From Cyanophyceae cyanobacterium (GTDB lineage: Bacteria > Cyanobacteriota > Cyanobacteriia > Cyanobacteriales > Laspinemataceae): DNA of 64,000 nt. The translations under genes and the position numbers were made by a program. Below, in pieces: positions 33,801 to 43,948 of the stretch. The notes below the pieces were generated by a model. It made no database searches. It had not been told where the DNA came from and saw only the letters and a program-made list of their open reading frames with translations. The DNA lies in NCBI GenBank assembly GCA_038321985.1, contig JBBQFN010000004.1:1-64000 (forward strand), written 5' to 3'. Position 1 is the first letter of the stretch. Each line of letters begins with the position of its first letter.

Positions 33801-34607
33801 ATCACCCAACTGATTCGAGAACTAAAAAACGAATATCGACGCAAACGAAATCACCCCATCTTACAAGAAGTCTTTACCAGTTTGCAAGAGATTCTCAATC
33901 ATGCCGAATTTATTCTCATGGATGAAACTGGAGATAAGGAAATTCTCCAAAAATCTTACCTAGAATTACGGAAAGAATTTAATACTAATTTTTCACAATA
34001 CTGCCACCGCCTCGATAAACTCTTGGATTTAGGCAATATCGAACCGGGTCATCTCATCGGCAGTTTGTTAGTCGTTCCGATTCGCCAACGATTAGAAGAA
34101 AGTTATGAAATTCGCTTAGAACAGCAGATTCGACGCTATGCCACCGAGGGATTAATTCAAAAGATGTTAGGGATTAGTAAAAACCCAGAATATCCAGATA
34201 ACTTAAAAATAGCAATTCGTGGGGGTGCAATGGAATTAGTCGAACTCCTGAATCGCCAAGCAACTCGCACCCAGTGGTTTGAACAGTACAGTCAAACCTC
34301 GGACCAGTATTATCTCATCCCGTTAATTACCTTGATTGCAGGAGAGGCGATCGCCGAGTATTTTAAACAAGAACCCCAGGAAGAAGAATACCGAGAATTT
34401 AGAACCTTACTCTCGCGCTATCTGCACTCCCTCTATCCCGCCTACAACACCTTACCCATTGGTCGCAAATACCGAGAATTTCCTTTTTTACTGTTCCGAA
34501 GTTACAGTTTAGAGCAAATGCGAGCTAAAATGTTTTCGGATAAGTATTTGTTAAATTCTCATGAATTAAACGTGCTAAATTTGATTTTATCACGAGAAGA
34601 TGAATAA
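30876..34607 (+). CDS. SF2 helicase (1243 aa) with N-terminal putative PD-(D/E)xK-like nuclease domain
   Basis: Motif I GNPGIGKTT, Ia YISPR, II IDEIT, III ADAS, IV ILVYIQDK, V MTSSASRGLSFP, VI QVIYRARG; nuclease call is tentative. Confidence 0.8.
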   Translation: MIAEELGRLFEVGFNIGILAYVEQNQIKHQFGDLYRQDLQQLNLSKMVKRIAKKQEAIAPNHLEILDRWSRFFIQKGFLSGLNFFREYLQSTDWSQRQQKHLEIIYYQCSFSGDNSMGTYSKDPIKHCGEVLSQFPTLDSTQMNRIIDQYHGLEKSRWKKGEFLHSDSLMLLRCRQEYRIVCVDLSIFSVRSAEDIVPLDDVEVLRNLLIGELNHLRSKSVFAKLHLDTGVNPPLEINFSQDLRYYLTAFKRRDKESTKLIQAGSYAHSFYGFLQENQLLPEDADLVFNVIGYSDRQIATIALRPDNLHFLATCADLYKNEPKEQELKTTRTKVLNQIQRSAARSFINGKEFVEKLAKIPVTSSESGIREVMHQERIEGFFNSVGILPPELATPLGLPEGLTLRNAHSDLIKKALTSEEIYLFLTGNPGIGKTTAIANFLQSHFDEGFLFLYISPRTQVNLDIIDKFKSATGTLCDDRLWCVTSNSTIIKENRGFPTVRYQSNSRRNHFTANAVDFIPTEGEVRSPHQHRSSRLHPITDDRFRDRGEKTAGVLSSICSGLHTVISDRLSNQIIATVAIQSLRVTPNGNDTLRHLDKIFRSACNKQTGVIPAKMQGISHRIKHLFIMIDEITGDDSGVHFLKGLGTFLRNHELTDSRHGFNTKIIVADASLVESEVINQHLSQTSPEPDKIYFRLAKKQNAPLSIEHFKFAKLGACAINANSYPASHLDITYKIFVEFVKFSDTLFQEKERPLIERMQSQLVTDIQRLLSNPETRQILVYIQDKKRLQDIITLLEERLETFLPYTDYLEIHANLSDADKLKIQTHKEGVKVVFMTSSASRGLSFPKAQHILVEIPRFQIEQNLMEVIQVIYRARGEYRENGVRQTLDTEAKSLIFYLGDRAIDYPPSEPLTPEETLKNRQISRQESILTLLNLLLILKVSIMTRIVGSGPLGRKECLMIPIGGKSISSVGMTLSGEITQLIRELKNEYRRKRNHPILQEVFTSLQEILNHAEFILMDETGDKEILQKSYLELRKEFNTNFSQYCHRLDKLLDLGNIEPGHLIGSLLVVPIRQRLEESYEIRLEQQIRRYATEGLIQKMLGISKNPEYPDNLKIAIRGGAMELVELLNRQATRTQWFEQYSQTSDQYYLIPLITLIAGEAIAEYFKQEPQEEEYREFRTLLSRYLHSLYPAYNTLPIGRKYREFPFLLFRSYSLEQMRAKMFSDKYLLNSHELNVLNLILSREDE

Positions 34608-34733
34608 TTTTATATTCATTTCAGTTATTTTTAAAGGGTGTAAGTCGCACCCTATCCCTATAAAAATAGGTAACTCCCATTCAGCAGAGTGCTAGAATTG
34701 AATTAAAATCAATCCCCTTTGGAGGCAACACTG

Positions 34734-35291
34734 ATGATTGCTGTCCCTAACTACATCAGTCCTGAAGAATATCTCGACCTCGAACGTCAAACCCCAATTC
34801 GCCATGAATATCGACGCGGTTTAGTGTATGCAATGGCAGGCGGCACCGATAATCACGATCGCATTGCTCAAAATCTTCTGTACCTGATTAACTTCCATTT
34901 GCGGGACTCCTCCGACTGTCGATTTTATTCAGGGAATGTTAAGGTCAATTATCAAGATAAATTTTATTACTATCCTGATGCTTTTGTAACTTGTGACTCG
35001 CGCGATCGCAGCGATCGCTATGTCAAACGCTATCCTAAACTCATCGCCGAAGTCCTGTCCCCCAGTACCCAAACCTTTGACTTAGGGGAAAAATTCACCG
35101 ATTATCAAAAGATTGACACTTTAGAAGAATATATTCTAATTTCCCAGGAAACCCAGCGGGTAGAATGTCGTCGCCTTACGGGTACAGATACCTGGGAAAC
35201 TGAAGTCTATGGAGAAGGCGATCGCATTATTCTGAAAAGTCTTAACCTAGAGTTTGCGATCGGTGAACTGTATCTCGGCGTCGATCCATAA
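34734..35291 (+). CDS. Uma2 family endonuclease
   Basis: RHEY..G..YAMAGG...H, YYPDAFVTCD, IAEVLSPST...D.GEKF..YQ..DTLEEY. Confidence 0.92.
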   Translation: MIAVPNYISPEEYLDLERQTPIRHEYRRGLVYAMAGGTDNHDRIAQNLLYLINFHLRDSSDCRFYSGNVKVNYQDKFYYYPDAFVTCDSRDRSDRYVKRYPKLIAEVLSPSTQTFDLGEKFTDYQKIDTLEEYILISQETQRVECRRLTGTDTWETEVYGEGDRIILKSLNLEFAIGELYLGVDP

Positions 35292-35617
35292 ATTCTTCTC
35301 TTTTCAATAAATTTTTTGATGCCTCAAGCGAAAGTTTATGGTAAAATTAAAATAGGAGCTTAAAACTAATGTGAGGCTTAAACAGGGATCTCATTAAGAA
35401 AGAGTGGATGAAAGACTATTACGCAACTCCTGCCGAAGAAACCGAAGAAGCCGAAAATTCCGCCGAATCCTACATCTAAAATCTCACCTACAAAGCTGGA
35501 TCCTCCACAAAGTATCAGCTTTTCATTATTTTTACTCAGGATTTTGAGTAACATTAATAAGAATATAACCCCGCTTAACCTCAAATTTAGCCTTTTACTA
35601 AAAGAATGAAAACTTCT

Positions 35618-36331
35618 TCATTTATTCAGAAAGCCCTGATAGTTATGTTCAAATTTTTTTGCCACAAATAGAAAAACAGCATATAAAATTAAAGTTTCTC
35701 CCAACATTTCTAAAGATTCCTCAAAGGCGACTCTGACTTGTTCAATGACCCAGGTTAATACTTCCCGTTCTCCAAAAAATTTGTTCAGGAGGGGATTCAA
35801 GATAATATGTTTGAAAATCTCTGCACCAAATGCACCAACAATTGCCAGTAACAATCCCGAGAGTCCTAGAATAACTAGGTTTCGAGAACTATACCAGAGT
35901 GCTTTAAAATCTCGGAAAAAGAAGACAGCGATCGCCACAATTAAAAAGCTATAAATCCCAATCCAATATTTTGTACCAACAATCGGCATCCAACTGGATG
36001 ATCCCCCCCCTAGATGGAGTTTAACCAGTTCATCTAAGGTAACATAGAATAATAACACCGCTTGAACCAACCAAAATGCCGGAGAAGGACGTTCCGAGGA
36101 CTTTCGGGACAAGAAAAACATCCCCAAATAAACCAAGGAAATTTGGAAGAGAATCGATGCTTGTAATAGACTGGGAATCGTCATGAATCCGTCCATATCA
36201 AATGGGTGATAAACTTCTCGATGGATGAACACCCCCCCCAGGTAAATGATGACGATCGCCACTTCAAAACAAATTAACCCTCCAATCCAATAAGGAACGG
36301 CACGTTTAAGCAATTTGGGATTCAAAGTCAT
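35618..36331 (-). CDS. Hypothetical membrane protein
   Basis: About 6 TM segments, LDE...LH and EESLEMLG motifs; 4-nt overlap with the uvrC stop. Confidence 0.75.
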   Translation of the reverse strand: MTLNPKLLKRAVPYWIGGLICFEVAIVIIYLGGVFIHREVYHPFDMDGFMTIPSLLQASILFQISLVYLGMFFLSRKSSERPSPAFWLVQAVLLFYVTLDELVKLHLGGGSSSWMPIVGTKYWIGIYSFLIVAIAVFFFRDFKALWYSSRNLVILGLSGLLLAIVGAFGAEIFKHIILNPLLNKFFGEREVLTWVIEQVRVAFEESLEMLGETLILYAVFLFVAKKFEHNYQGFLNK

Positions 36332-38208
36332 GGATGAAAATACTCATAAATTTGCTGTGCCAATCGAGGACCAATTCCCGAGACTTCTGCCAATTGTGTC
36401 GGTGTCGCGATACTGATATAATCAAGCGAATGAAAATGTGCTAACAGTTGTTTTTGGCGTTCAAATCCCAACCCGGAAATTTCATCTAAGCGCGATCGCC
36501 GCATTCGTTCTGTGCGCTGTTGGCGGTGAAATGTTACGGCAAAACGGTGTGCTTCATCTCGCAACCGTCGTAACAATTGCACCCCGGGTTGTTCCGAGTC
36601 CGATTGTACAGGTAACGATTCTCCCGGTTGGAAAATTTCCTCACGCTGTTTCGCTAAACTGACGACTCGCACATCTTCTAGTAAATCCATCTCCCGCAAC
36701 ACTTCCACCACTGCCGACAATTGGCCTTTACCGCCATCAATCATCACTAAGTCCGGCCAATCCAAGGTGTGATCAATTTTACCCGTTTCTCGTTTTTGCT
36801 GACCTGCATCGCGAAACCGGCGTCCTAGCACTTCTGCAAGACTGGCAAAGTCATCGGAGTGACCCGATTGTACCTCGGGATTGCGGATTTTGTAGCGGCG
36901 ATAAAGCTGATTTGCCGGGAGTCCGTCAATAAAGACCACGCGAGAGGCAACAGCATCGGACCCTTGGACGTGAGAAATATCATATCCTTCAATGCGCCGT
37001 GGCAACTCTGGCAAATCCAGGAGTTCTGCTAAATCCTGCATTGCTGCGGCATTGCGATCGCTGAATTTTTGCATCCGCGCCATTTCATAGTCCGCATTTT
37101 TGGCAACCATCTCGATTAATTCCGCCTTGGTTTGGCGTTGAGGAGTGAGAATGGAGACTTTCCGACCCTTGCGATCGCTTAACCAATCCCCCAATATCTC
37201 CGCCTCGGGTAATTCATGTTGCACTAAAATTTCTGCCGGAATCTCCACGGATTCTACATTGCGGTAATGTTCCTCTAACACCCGTTGTAAAATTGCACCG
37301 GGTTCGGCGGTTTGCGCTTCTGCCACAAATCCTAACCGTCCGACTAATTGTCCGGCGCGAACTTGGAAGAGTTGGATACAAGCGCGATCGCCATTGCTGG
37401 AAAGTGCGATCGCATCTTGGGAGAGGCGATCGTCCGGCAGGGAGACTTTTTGACCCGCATGAAGGGACTGTAACCCTTGAATGCGATCGCGAAGTCTTGC
37501 CGCTTGTTCAAAATTCAACTCCTCTGCTGCCACCTCCATTTGCTGCTTTAAAATATCCAGTAATTCCTCCGTCCGACCCTGAAACACCATCGCCACCTTT
37601 TGCACCGTTTTGCGATAGTCTTCCGCATCAATTAACCCTTGACAAACCCCTGGACAACGACCGATATCATAATTCAAACAAGGTCGGTCTTTAAATAGGG
37701 GTTGGGGACGCTGACGCAAGGGAAAAATTTGCTTGACTAAATGCACCGTACTCCGCAATAGTCCCGCATCTACATAAGGGCCATAATAACGGTCTTTAGC
37801 ACTTCCCTCCTTGCGCTTACGAGTGATAAAAATACGCGGATAAGTTTCGGACCAAGTAATGCAGAGATAGGGGTATTTTTTATCATCTTTTAGCAGGACA
37901 TTAAAATAGGGTTGATGCTGCTTAACCAGATTTGCTTCTAATGCTAATGCTTCCGCTTCTGTATCCGTGACGATGAATTCAATATCCGCCACTTGTTGAA
38001 CCATCCGTTCAATCCGCTGACTCAAACTGTGGGAGTCACGAAAATAAGACCGCACCCGCGATCGCAACTTTTTGGACTTGCCAATATAAAGAATGCGATC
38101 ATCGCGATCGCGCATCAAATAAACCCCCGGAACTGGGGGAATTTCTTTGAGTCGATTTTCCAGTCGTTCTGAATCCTGAATCAGGGTTAAAGCGTCGGTC
38201 GTTTCCAT
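36328..38208 (-). CDS. uvrC: Excinuclease ABC subunit C
   Basis: GIY-YIG (PGVYLM...YIGKSK.LRSRV), [34 protein letters not shown], HhH. Confidence 0.97.
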   Translation of the reverse strand: METTDALTLIQDSERLENRLKEIPPVPGVYLMRDRDDRILYIGKSKKLRSRVRSYFRDSHSLSQRIERMVQQVADIEFIVTDTEAEALALEANLVKQHQPYFNVLLKDDKKYPYLCITWSETYPRIFITRKRKEGSAKDRYYGPYVDAGLLRSTVHLVKQIFPLRQRPQPLFKDRPCLNYDIGRCPGVCQGLIDAEDYRKTVQKVAMVFQGRTEELLDILKQQMEVAAEELNFEQAARLRDRIQGLQSLHAGQKVSLPDDRLSQDAIALSSNGDRACIQLFQVRAGQLVGRLGFVAEAQTAEPGAILQRVLEEHYRNVESVEIPAEILVQHELPEAEILGDWLSDRKGRKVSILTPQRQTKAELIEMVAKNADYEMARMQKFSDRNAAAMQDLAELLDLPELPRRIEGYDISHVQGSDAVASRVVFIDGLPANQLYRRYKIRNPEVQSGHSDDFASLAEVLGRRFRDAGQQKRETGKIDHTLDWPDLVMIDGGKGQLSAVVEVLREMDLLEDVRVVSLAKQREEIFQPGESLPVQSDSEQPGVQLLRRLRDEAHRFAVTFHRQQRTERMRRSRLDEISGLGFERQKQLLAHFHSLDYISIATPTQLAEVSGIGPRLAQQIYEYFHP

Positions 38209-38332
38209 AAGAGTTTAGGCATAGAATCGGGATAAATTTATCCTGGATTTACTATTTTAGCAAAGGTATTCAGGGATGGGGAAACTAACCCGATAGAATG
38301 GAGTAGGGATTTCCCCTCCTAATTTTTAATCC

Positions 38333-38971
38333 CTAGGAGAGATGCACAAATTGGACGAGATCAGGAACCTCATCAATGAAGGACCGCAACAGCGCATCTT
38401 CAGAGGGGCGATCGTACATCTCCTGATAAACTTGTTCAATCAGTCGTTTAACCAGAGTCCCCGCCAATTGACCCTCTGACTCTGCGGGAACCATCATTAA
38501 TAACATCTCCGTTGGCACCTCTCCCGATAAAGGGGGCAGAAGATATCGAACAGATTGTAGAACTTTTGCTCCATTATTTTGGTAAAACCCAATCCGTCGT
38601 TTTGCTTGTTCTGAATCTTCGCAAAACTGGGGATTTTCCACCTCGATTAATAAGGCTTTTTGCTGATTTTTTACCTGGTTAATTAGATAAGACATCAAGG
38701 TTCTTCCAATGCCGCGACTACGATAGTCTTTATCGGTTCCCAGATAGTCGAGTAAGATAAAATCAGTTGGGTTCAAGGGGTAGAGTAAGGCAATTCCTAC
38801 CACTTGGTTTTCCGATTTGGCAATAAACCATTGATAAAGCTGATTGGATAATCGAGTTTCTAGGATTTCAAGGGGTTGTCTTTCGCAAGCAGGAAAGGAA
38901 TCGAGGTAGATTTTTAAGGCACCTTGAAAATCAGGATGATTGATATCAGTAAGTTGGACAATTTCTAGCAT
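38333..38971 (-). CDS. GNAT family N-acetyltransferase
   Basis: LLDYLG....RSRGIG, LLIEVE, RRIGFYQNNG. Confidence 0.85.
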   Translation of the reverse strand: MLEIVQLTDINHPDFQGALKIYLDSFPACERQPLEILETRLSNQLYQWFIAKSENQVVGIALLYPLNPTDFILLDYLGTDKDYRSRGIGRTLMSYLINQVKNQQKALLIEVENPQFCEDSEQAKRRIGFYQNNGAKVLQSVRYLLPPLSGEVPTEMLLMMVPAESEGQLAGTLVKRLIEQVYQEMYDRPSEDALLRSFIDEVPDLVQFVHLS

Positions 38972-39039
38972 GGTTTTGGGAGGTTTGATAGTAAGCGACA
39001 ACCGCCGGTTTTTTAAACTAAAATTACACCCCATTAAAA

Positions 39040-40263
39040 TCAATTGGTTGACTCTAACACCTCTAACACCTGTTTCGGCTGCAATTTATCCTTAAACCAC
39101 ACCATTGGCACCGTCACTTCCTTTAAATTGATTCCCGCCTTTTCTAAATTTAATCGTTCCGAAATAGCTAAAATTAAATCATGGCGTTGAGACTTTTTAA
39201 CCTGAGCGAATTTCTTTTGCAAATACTCCGGACGCCAATAGCCGACAATTTCTAATAAAAATGTTCGTCCGTCTGGATGAACAAGGCGAAAATCGGGAAT
39301 CATCACACTTCCGGGAATGGGAATTAAATCAACCTCTCGTTCTAACTTCCATTCTGTTTTAATCGAGTCCCAGCGACTGACAAAAGAGGCTTCTAACATA
39401 CTATCATAAGGCTTACCTGGCGGATAGTGACTGACTAATCCACAGTCCGAATTCAGGGCGAATCGTCCGGTTTTCCACTCGCTGGTGTAGGGGTCGCGAC
39501 TTTGTAAAGTGGCGTCTAAACTCCATTTGGTGACGTGCAGTAAAGCAGGCAAGAGTTTGGCAATTGCTAAACCATATCTTGTACTGGGTTTAAATAAGCT
39601 CGTTGGACCATCAATGGTAATGGTAAATCCGCAGTCCGCATCGCCTTCAATATAAGCCATTAATTGAAATAATTTTAAATACCGGAATAAGAGTTTATAC
39701 TCTCCGGGGTCATTGCGATGGGCGTTGATTAATAAATGAGTAGCGCGATAAAATACCCCTTGTACTTGGGAGACATTGTAACGATGGAGTAATAATTCTG
39801 GAGGGGGTGCGTCAAATTCTGTGAGGATTTTATTCTCGTTTAAGTCTGCATATAATCCCGCTTGAATATGCAGAGGGAGAACTTCCCGTTCTAATTCTTG
39901 ACTTAATTGAGTCGCGAGTTTTTCCAGGGTAAGTTGAGTTCCTTCTTTACTCGGAACCGTTTCCGCAGCAGCGGTAAAGACGCGCTGGCGCAATTCAATG
40001 GGTTCCAGGGGAGAAATCACCTCAAAAGTGCTTAAACTGCCTTTTAAAATATGAGCAAGTCCCCGTTTGATGCGGTAGTCGGTGCCATCTCCTTCTATCT
40101 GGTGGAGTTTGCAGTCGAGTTCAGATTGGGGACAACCCACTGCTTCTTGGAAACAGGTGATGAGTTGAGAGGCGATCGCCAAATTCTTAGAATTAATTTC
40201 CAATCGCTTGGGAACAATCGTCTCTCCATTCATGCGATGACTAAGTAAGTCACTGGGTAACAT
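39040..40263 (-). CDS. DUF790 family (Bax1-like) endonuclease
   Basis: LYADL, RYNVSQVQG, IDGPTSLF..STRYG, YDSMLE, MIPDF, LEIVGYWRPEYL. Confidence 0.88.
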   Translation of the reverse strand: MLPSDLLSHRMNGETIVPKRLEINSKNLAIASQLITCFQEAVGCPQSELDCKLHQIEGDGTDYRIKRGLAHILKGSLSTFEVISPLEPIELRQRVFTAAAETVPSKEGTQLTLEKLATQLSQELEREVLPLHIQAGLYADLNENKILTEFDAPPPELLLHRYNVSQVQGVFYRATHLLINAHRNDPGEYKLLFRYLKLFQLMAYIEGDADCGFTITIDGPTSLFKPSTRYGLAIAKLLPALLHVTKWSLDATLQSRDPYTSEWKTGRFALNSDCGLVSHYPPGKPYDSMLEASFVSRWDSIKTEWKLEREVDLIPIPGSVMIPDFRLVHPDGRTFLLEIVGYWRPEYLQKKFAQVKKSQRHDLILAISERLNLEKAGINLKEVTVPMVWFKDKLQPKQVLEVLESTN

Positions 40264-40420
40264 CGGCGTCAGGGGGGAGTATTGGCTGTTATTTATGCTA
40301 TCCCACTATAGGGCCAACAACAGCGGCTCAATATCGCCTCTGGACCCCAAGATTTAGGGACCCATCGCGCCTTACGTTGGGTAAGGGAATCTTAACAAGG
40401 GCGATCGCCAGGGGTTTGAT

Positions 40421-40633
40421 TCAGCGTTTCTCCACGGCGACAGACGATCGCTGATAGGAGTTCACGCATAGATCTCGCGTCACTCTCCCGGATAAAATAG
40501 CTGATTGTAATTCGCTCAAGGCGTCCAATTCTTCTACAGTACAACCCTGATCAAACATCAGACGGAGTTTGTGTTCCGTTGTAACACTTAAATAACCGGT
40601 TTGTAATACTTGTTTAATAATTTTAGAAATCAT
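40421..40633 (-). CDS. Small conserved cyanobacterial hypothetical protein
   Basis: I..IIKQVLQTGYLSV..E..L...ELDAL..LQ.AI.SG.V pattern. Confidence 0.65.
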   Translation of the reverse strand: MISKIIKQVLQTGYLSVTTEHKLRLMFDQGCTVEELDALSELQSAILSGRVTRDLCVNSYQRSSVAVEKR

Positions 40634-41318
40634 GGGTTTCCGCTCCGGGTCAATATTAGGTCAAGCTATCACTTTAGTATGTATCGGAGGAAACCAATCG
40701 GAAGTGATGCAGATTTACCCGCTGGTGCGATCGAGATCGCCTTCAGTTCTCTCCCTGGGACTCAATTTTTTGTTAAAATCTAAAGAGATTGTCAAATATG
40801 AAGAAACCTTACCCTTGAGAGTTTAAACTCAAACTAAGCCTAAACAAGCGATAGTTATCACTCAGTATTAACCCTTGAAGCAAATCCTGGCTTTATCGCC
40901 CCCCCCTAAAACCCCTCTGTTCCCTGTCCTATGCCCTCTTAATGGGAGTGAATATCAACCCAAATCTCGATCAAAAACCCCGATTTGTCAGGGTTTCATC
41001 TCCAACGCCTGCCCCCTATAAAAAACCCTCAGTTCTTTAATAGGAGGTAAGTTTCAGATAGAATGCCCAGGTTTCCATACCTCAGAGCCTTGACAATAGA
41101 TTCGTGAATCGAGTAGAGGTAGCCACAGAACCTGTGGCTGCCTTCCCTGAACCTTGCTCACCATCAACTCTCCATCGATGCTCCCTCCTGAGTGAGCCAG
41201 CAGGTACTCAGACGGCTACTACTCCTGAGAATTACGGATGTCTTCACTCCTGAAGTACACCAATTGAGATACCTTAGAAACAGAACTAAATAAAACTTTA
41301 CAGTCAGGAAAAATCCTC

Positions 41319-43805
41319 ATGTTTGAGTATTTCACAGAAAAGTCCATAAAAGCGATTATGTTGGCGCAGCAAGAAGCTCGCCGCCTCGGTCATAATTTTG
41401 TTGGGACCGAGCAGTTACTCTTAGGTTTAATTGCAGAAGGAACTGGTATTGCCGCGCAGGTCCTCAAATCTGAAGGCGTCACCTTAAATAAGGCACGGGT
41501 AGAAGTTGAAAAAATCATCGGCAGAGGCAGCGGTTTCGTCCCCGTAGAAATTCCCTTCACTCCGCGCGGCAAAAGCATTTTAGAGATGTCGTTGCGCGAA
41601 GCCAGCCAACTGGGGCAACAGTACATCGCCACGGAACACCTTCTCCTTGCCTTAACCCAAAGCCGAGAAGGAGTTGCCTTTAAAATCCTAGAAAACCTCG
41701 GCGTCAGCTTGGAACGAGTCCGTGCAGAAGTGATTAAACGAGTCGGGGAAAATCCCGCACCCGCCGGTGCCTTATTTGGAGGAGAACGGGGTCGAGGTCC
41801 TGGATCCCAAAAAGCCCTCCAACTTAGCGAATTTGGGGTGAACCTGACTGAAAAAGCCCTAGAAGGAAATCTGGACCCCGTAGTTGGACGGAAAAAAGAA
41901 ATCGAGCGGATTATCCAAATTTTGGGACGTCGCACTAAAAATAATCCCGTACTCGTGGGAGAACCCGGGGTAGGTAAAACTGCTCTGGCTGAAGGATTGG
42001 CGCAACGCATCGCTAACCAGGACGTTCCGGAAACCCTCAAAGATAAACGCGTCTTTACCCTGGATATGGGGTCAGTCCTCGCCGGGACGCGCTTCCGGGG
42101 TGATTTTGAGGAACGCATCAAAATGATTATGGAAGAAGTGCGCCAAGCGGGAAATATCATTTTGGTGATTGACGAAATCCATACCCTTGTCGGTGCGGGT
42201 GCAGTCGAAGGCGGCATGGATGCGGCTAATCTGCTCAAACCGGCACTAGCGCGGGGAGAATTTCAGTGCATTGGGGCGACAACATTAGATGAGTATCGCA
42301 AACATATCGAACGGGATGCGGCCCTAGAACGGCGCTTCCAACCCGTAAACATTGGGGAACCCACTATCCAAGAGACAATTGAGATTTTGCAGGGTATACG
42401 GGTTCGCTATGAAGAACATCATAAATTGACGATTTCTGATGAAGCGCTGGTGGCAGCAGCGGAACTCTCAGAACGGTATATTACCGATCGCTTTTTGCCC
42501 GATAAGGCGATCGACTTAATTGATGAAGCCGGGTCCCGAGTGCGTCTGCGGAATGGCAAAATGCCCTCTGCACTGCGCCAAATGAAGCATCAACTTACCG
42601 ACGTTACGTTAGAAAAAGAAGCGGCAGTCCGTGCTCAGGATTTTGGAAAAGCCTCCAAACTGCGCGATCGTGAGGTAACCCTAGAGGAAGAACTGGATCA
42701 ACGCATCAAGAACGAGCATATAGAAGTTGAAAATAGCAAAAACCTCGTGGTCACTGCCGAAGATATCGCGCAAATCGTGGCAAGTTGGACTAGCGTCCCG
42801 GTGAGCAAACTCACCGAATCCGAGTCCGAGAAACTGATGCTAATGGAAGAAACCCTACATCAGCGTCTGATCGGTCAAGAAGAGGCCGTCAAAGCGGTTT
42901 CTCGTGCCATTCGTCGGGCGCGGGTTGGCTTAAAAAATCCCAACCGTCCGATCGCTAGCTTTATCTTCTCTGGTCCTACCGGAGTCGGCAAAACTGAGCT
43001 CACAAAAGCCTTAGCTGCCTACTTCTTCGGGTCAGAAGATGCCATGATTCGTCTGGATATGTCTGAATACATGGAACGTCATACCGTCTCCAAACTGATT
43101 GGTTCCCCTCCGGGATTCGTCGGGTATGACGAAGGGGGACAACTCACGGAAGCTGTGCGCCGTCGTCCCTATACGGTGATTCTATTCGACGAAATCGAGA
43201 AAGCACACCCCGATGTGTTTAATATGTTGCTGCAAGTCCTGGAAGATGGACGACTCACCGATGCTAAAGGGCGGGTGGTAGACTTCAAGAATACCCTGCT
43301 GATTATGACTTCAAATATCGGGTCTCGGGTCATTGAAAAAGGGGGCGGTGGACTCGGATTTGAGTTCTCCGACAACCGCGCCGAAGCTCACTATGACCGA
43401 ATTCGTAGCTTGGTGAATGAAGAACTGAAGAATTACTTCCGTCCGGAGTTTCTCAACCGTTTGGATGAGATTATTGTCTTCCATCAGTTGACCAAAAATG
43501 AAGTCACAGAAATCGCGGAAATCCTGTTGCGTGACTTGTTAAAACGCCTAGTGGAGAAACGGATTACCCTGGAAATCAGCGCTCGCTTCAAAGAGCGGGT
43601 CGTGGAAGAAGGGTATAATCCCAGCTACGGTGCACGACCTTTACGCCGCGCCATTATGCGCCTGTTGGAAGACCATTTAGCCGAAGCGATGTTATCTGGA
43701 AACCTGGATGAAGGGGATTCGGCGCTGATTGACCTCGATGAAGCCGGAGAAGTGGTGGTACATCGTGTAGAAGGGCGATCGCTCGTTTCTCCTAGCAGCC
43801 GTTAA
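41319..43805 (+). CDS. clpC: ATP-dependent Clp protease ATP-binding subunit ClpC
   Basis: [12 protein letters not shown]-domain, GEPGVGKT and GPTGVGKT Walker A motifs, UVR motif, LGF ClpP-binding loop. Confidence 0.93.
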   Translation: MFEYFTEKSIKAIMLAQQEARRLGHNFVGTEQLLLGLIAEGTGIAAQVLKSEGVTLNKARVEVEKIIGRGSGFVPVEIPFTPRGKSILEMSLREASQLGQQYIATEHLLLALTQSREGVAFKILENLGVSLERVRAEVIKRVGENPAPAGALFGGERGRGPGSQKALQLSEFGVNLTEKALEGNLDPVVGRKKEIERIIQILGRRTKNNPVLVGEPGVGKTALAEGLAQRIANQDVPETLKDKRVFTLDMGSVLAGTRFRGDFEERIKMIMEEVRQAGNIILVIDEIHTLVGAGAVEGGMDAANLLKPALARGEFQCIGATTLDEYRKHIERDAALERRFQPVNIGEPTIQETIEILQGIRVRYEEHHKLTISDEALVAAAELSERYITDRFLPDKAIDLIDEAGSRVRLRNGKMPSALRQMKHQLTDVTLEKEAAVRAQDFGKASKLRDREVTLEEELDQRIKNEHIEVENSKNLVVTAEDIAQIVASWTSVPVSKLTESESEKLMLMEETLHQRLIGQEEAVKAVSRAIRRARVGLKNPNRPIASFIFSGPTGVGKTELTKALAAYFFGSEDAMIRLDMSEYMERHTVSKLIGSPPGFVGYDEGGQLTEAVRRRPYTVILFDEIEKAHPDVFNMLLQVLEDGRLTDAKGRVVDFKNTLLIMTSNIGSRVIEKGGGGLGFEFSDNRAEAHYDRIRSLVNEELKNYFRPEFLNRLDEIIVFHQLTKNEVTEIAEILLRDLLKRLVEKRITLEISARFKERVVEEGYNPSYGARPLRRAIMRLLEDHLAEAMLSGNLDEGDSALIDLDEAGEVVVHRVEGRSLVSPSSR

Positions 43806-43848
43806 GCGGTTGAGATTTGCAGGGGGATAAATTCCCTCTAAATGGATG

Positions 43849-43880
43849 AAAAGGCGGGGGAGAAATCCTCCGCCTTTTTT
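43849..43880 (+). terminator. Rho-independent terminator after clpC
   Basis: aaaaggcggggg-agaaa-tcctccgcc-tttttt. Confidence 0.75.
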
Positions 43881-43948
43881 GATACAATGAGCTAGGAGGG
43901 GAATGATTGCGATCGCCCCAGATTTAACGGGATAAAAAAGGAAATGAA

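Noticed and set aside
34668..34695. CIRCE-like sequence (ggtaactc-N10-gagtgctag)
   Set aside because: Left arm is poor, spacer is 10 rather than 9, and it lies upstream of Uma2 rather than a chaperone
41390..42238. Long antisense ORFs inside clpC, clpB and other genes (e.g. 32220-32789, 16085-16618)
   Set aside because: Shadow frames of well-supported genes with no motifs of their own
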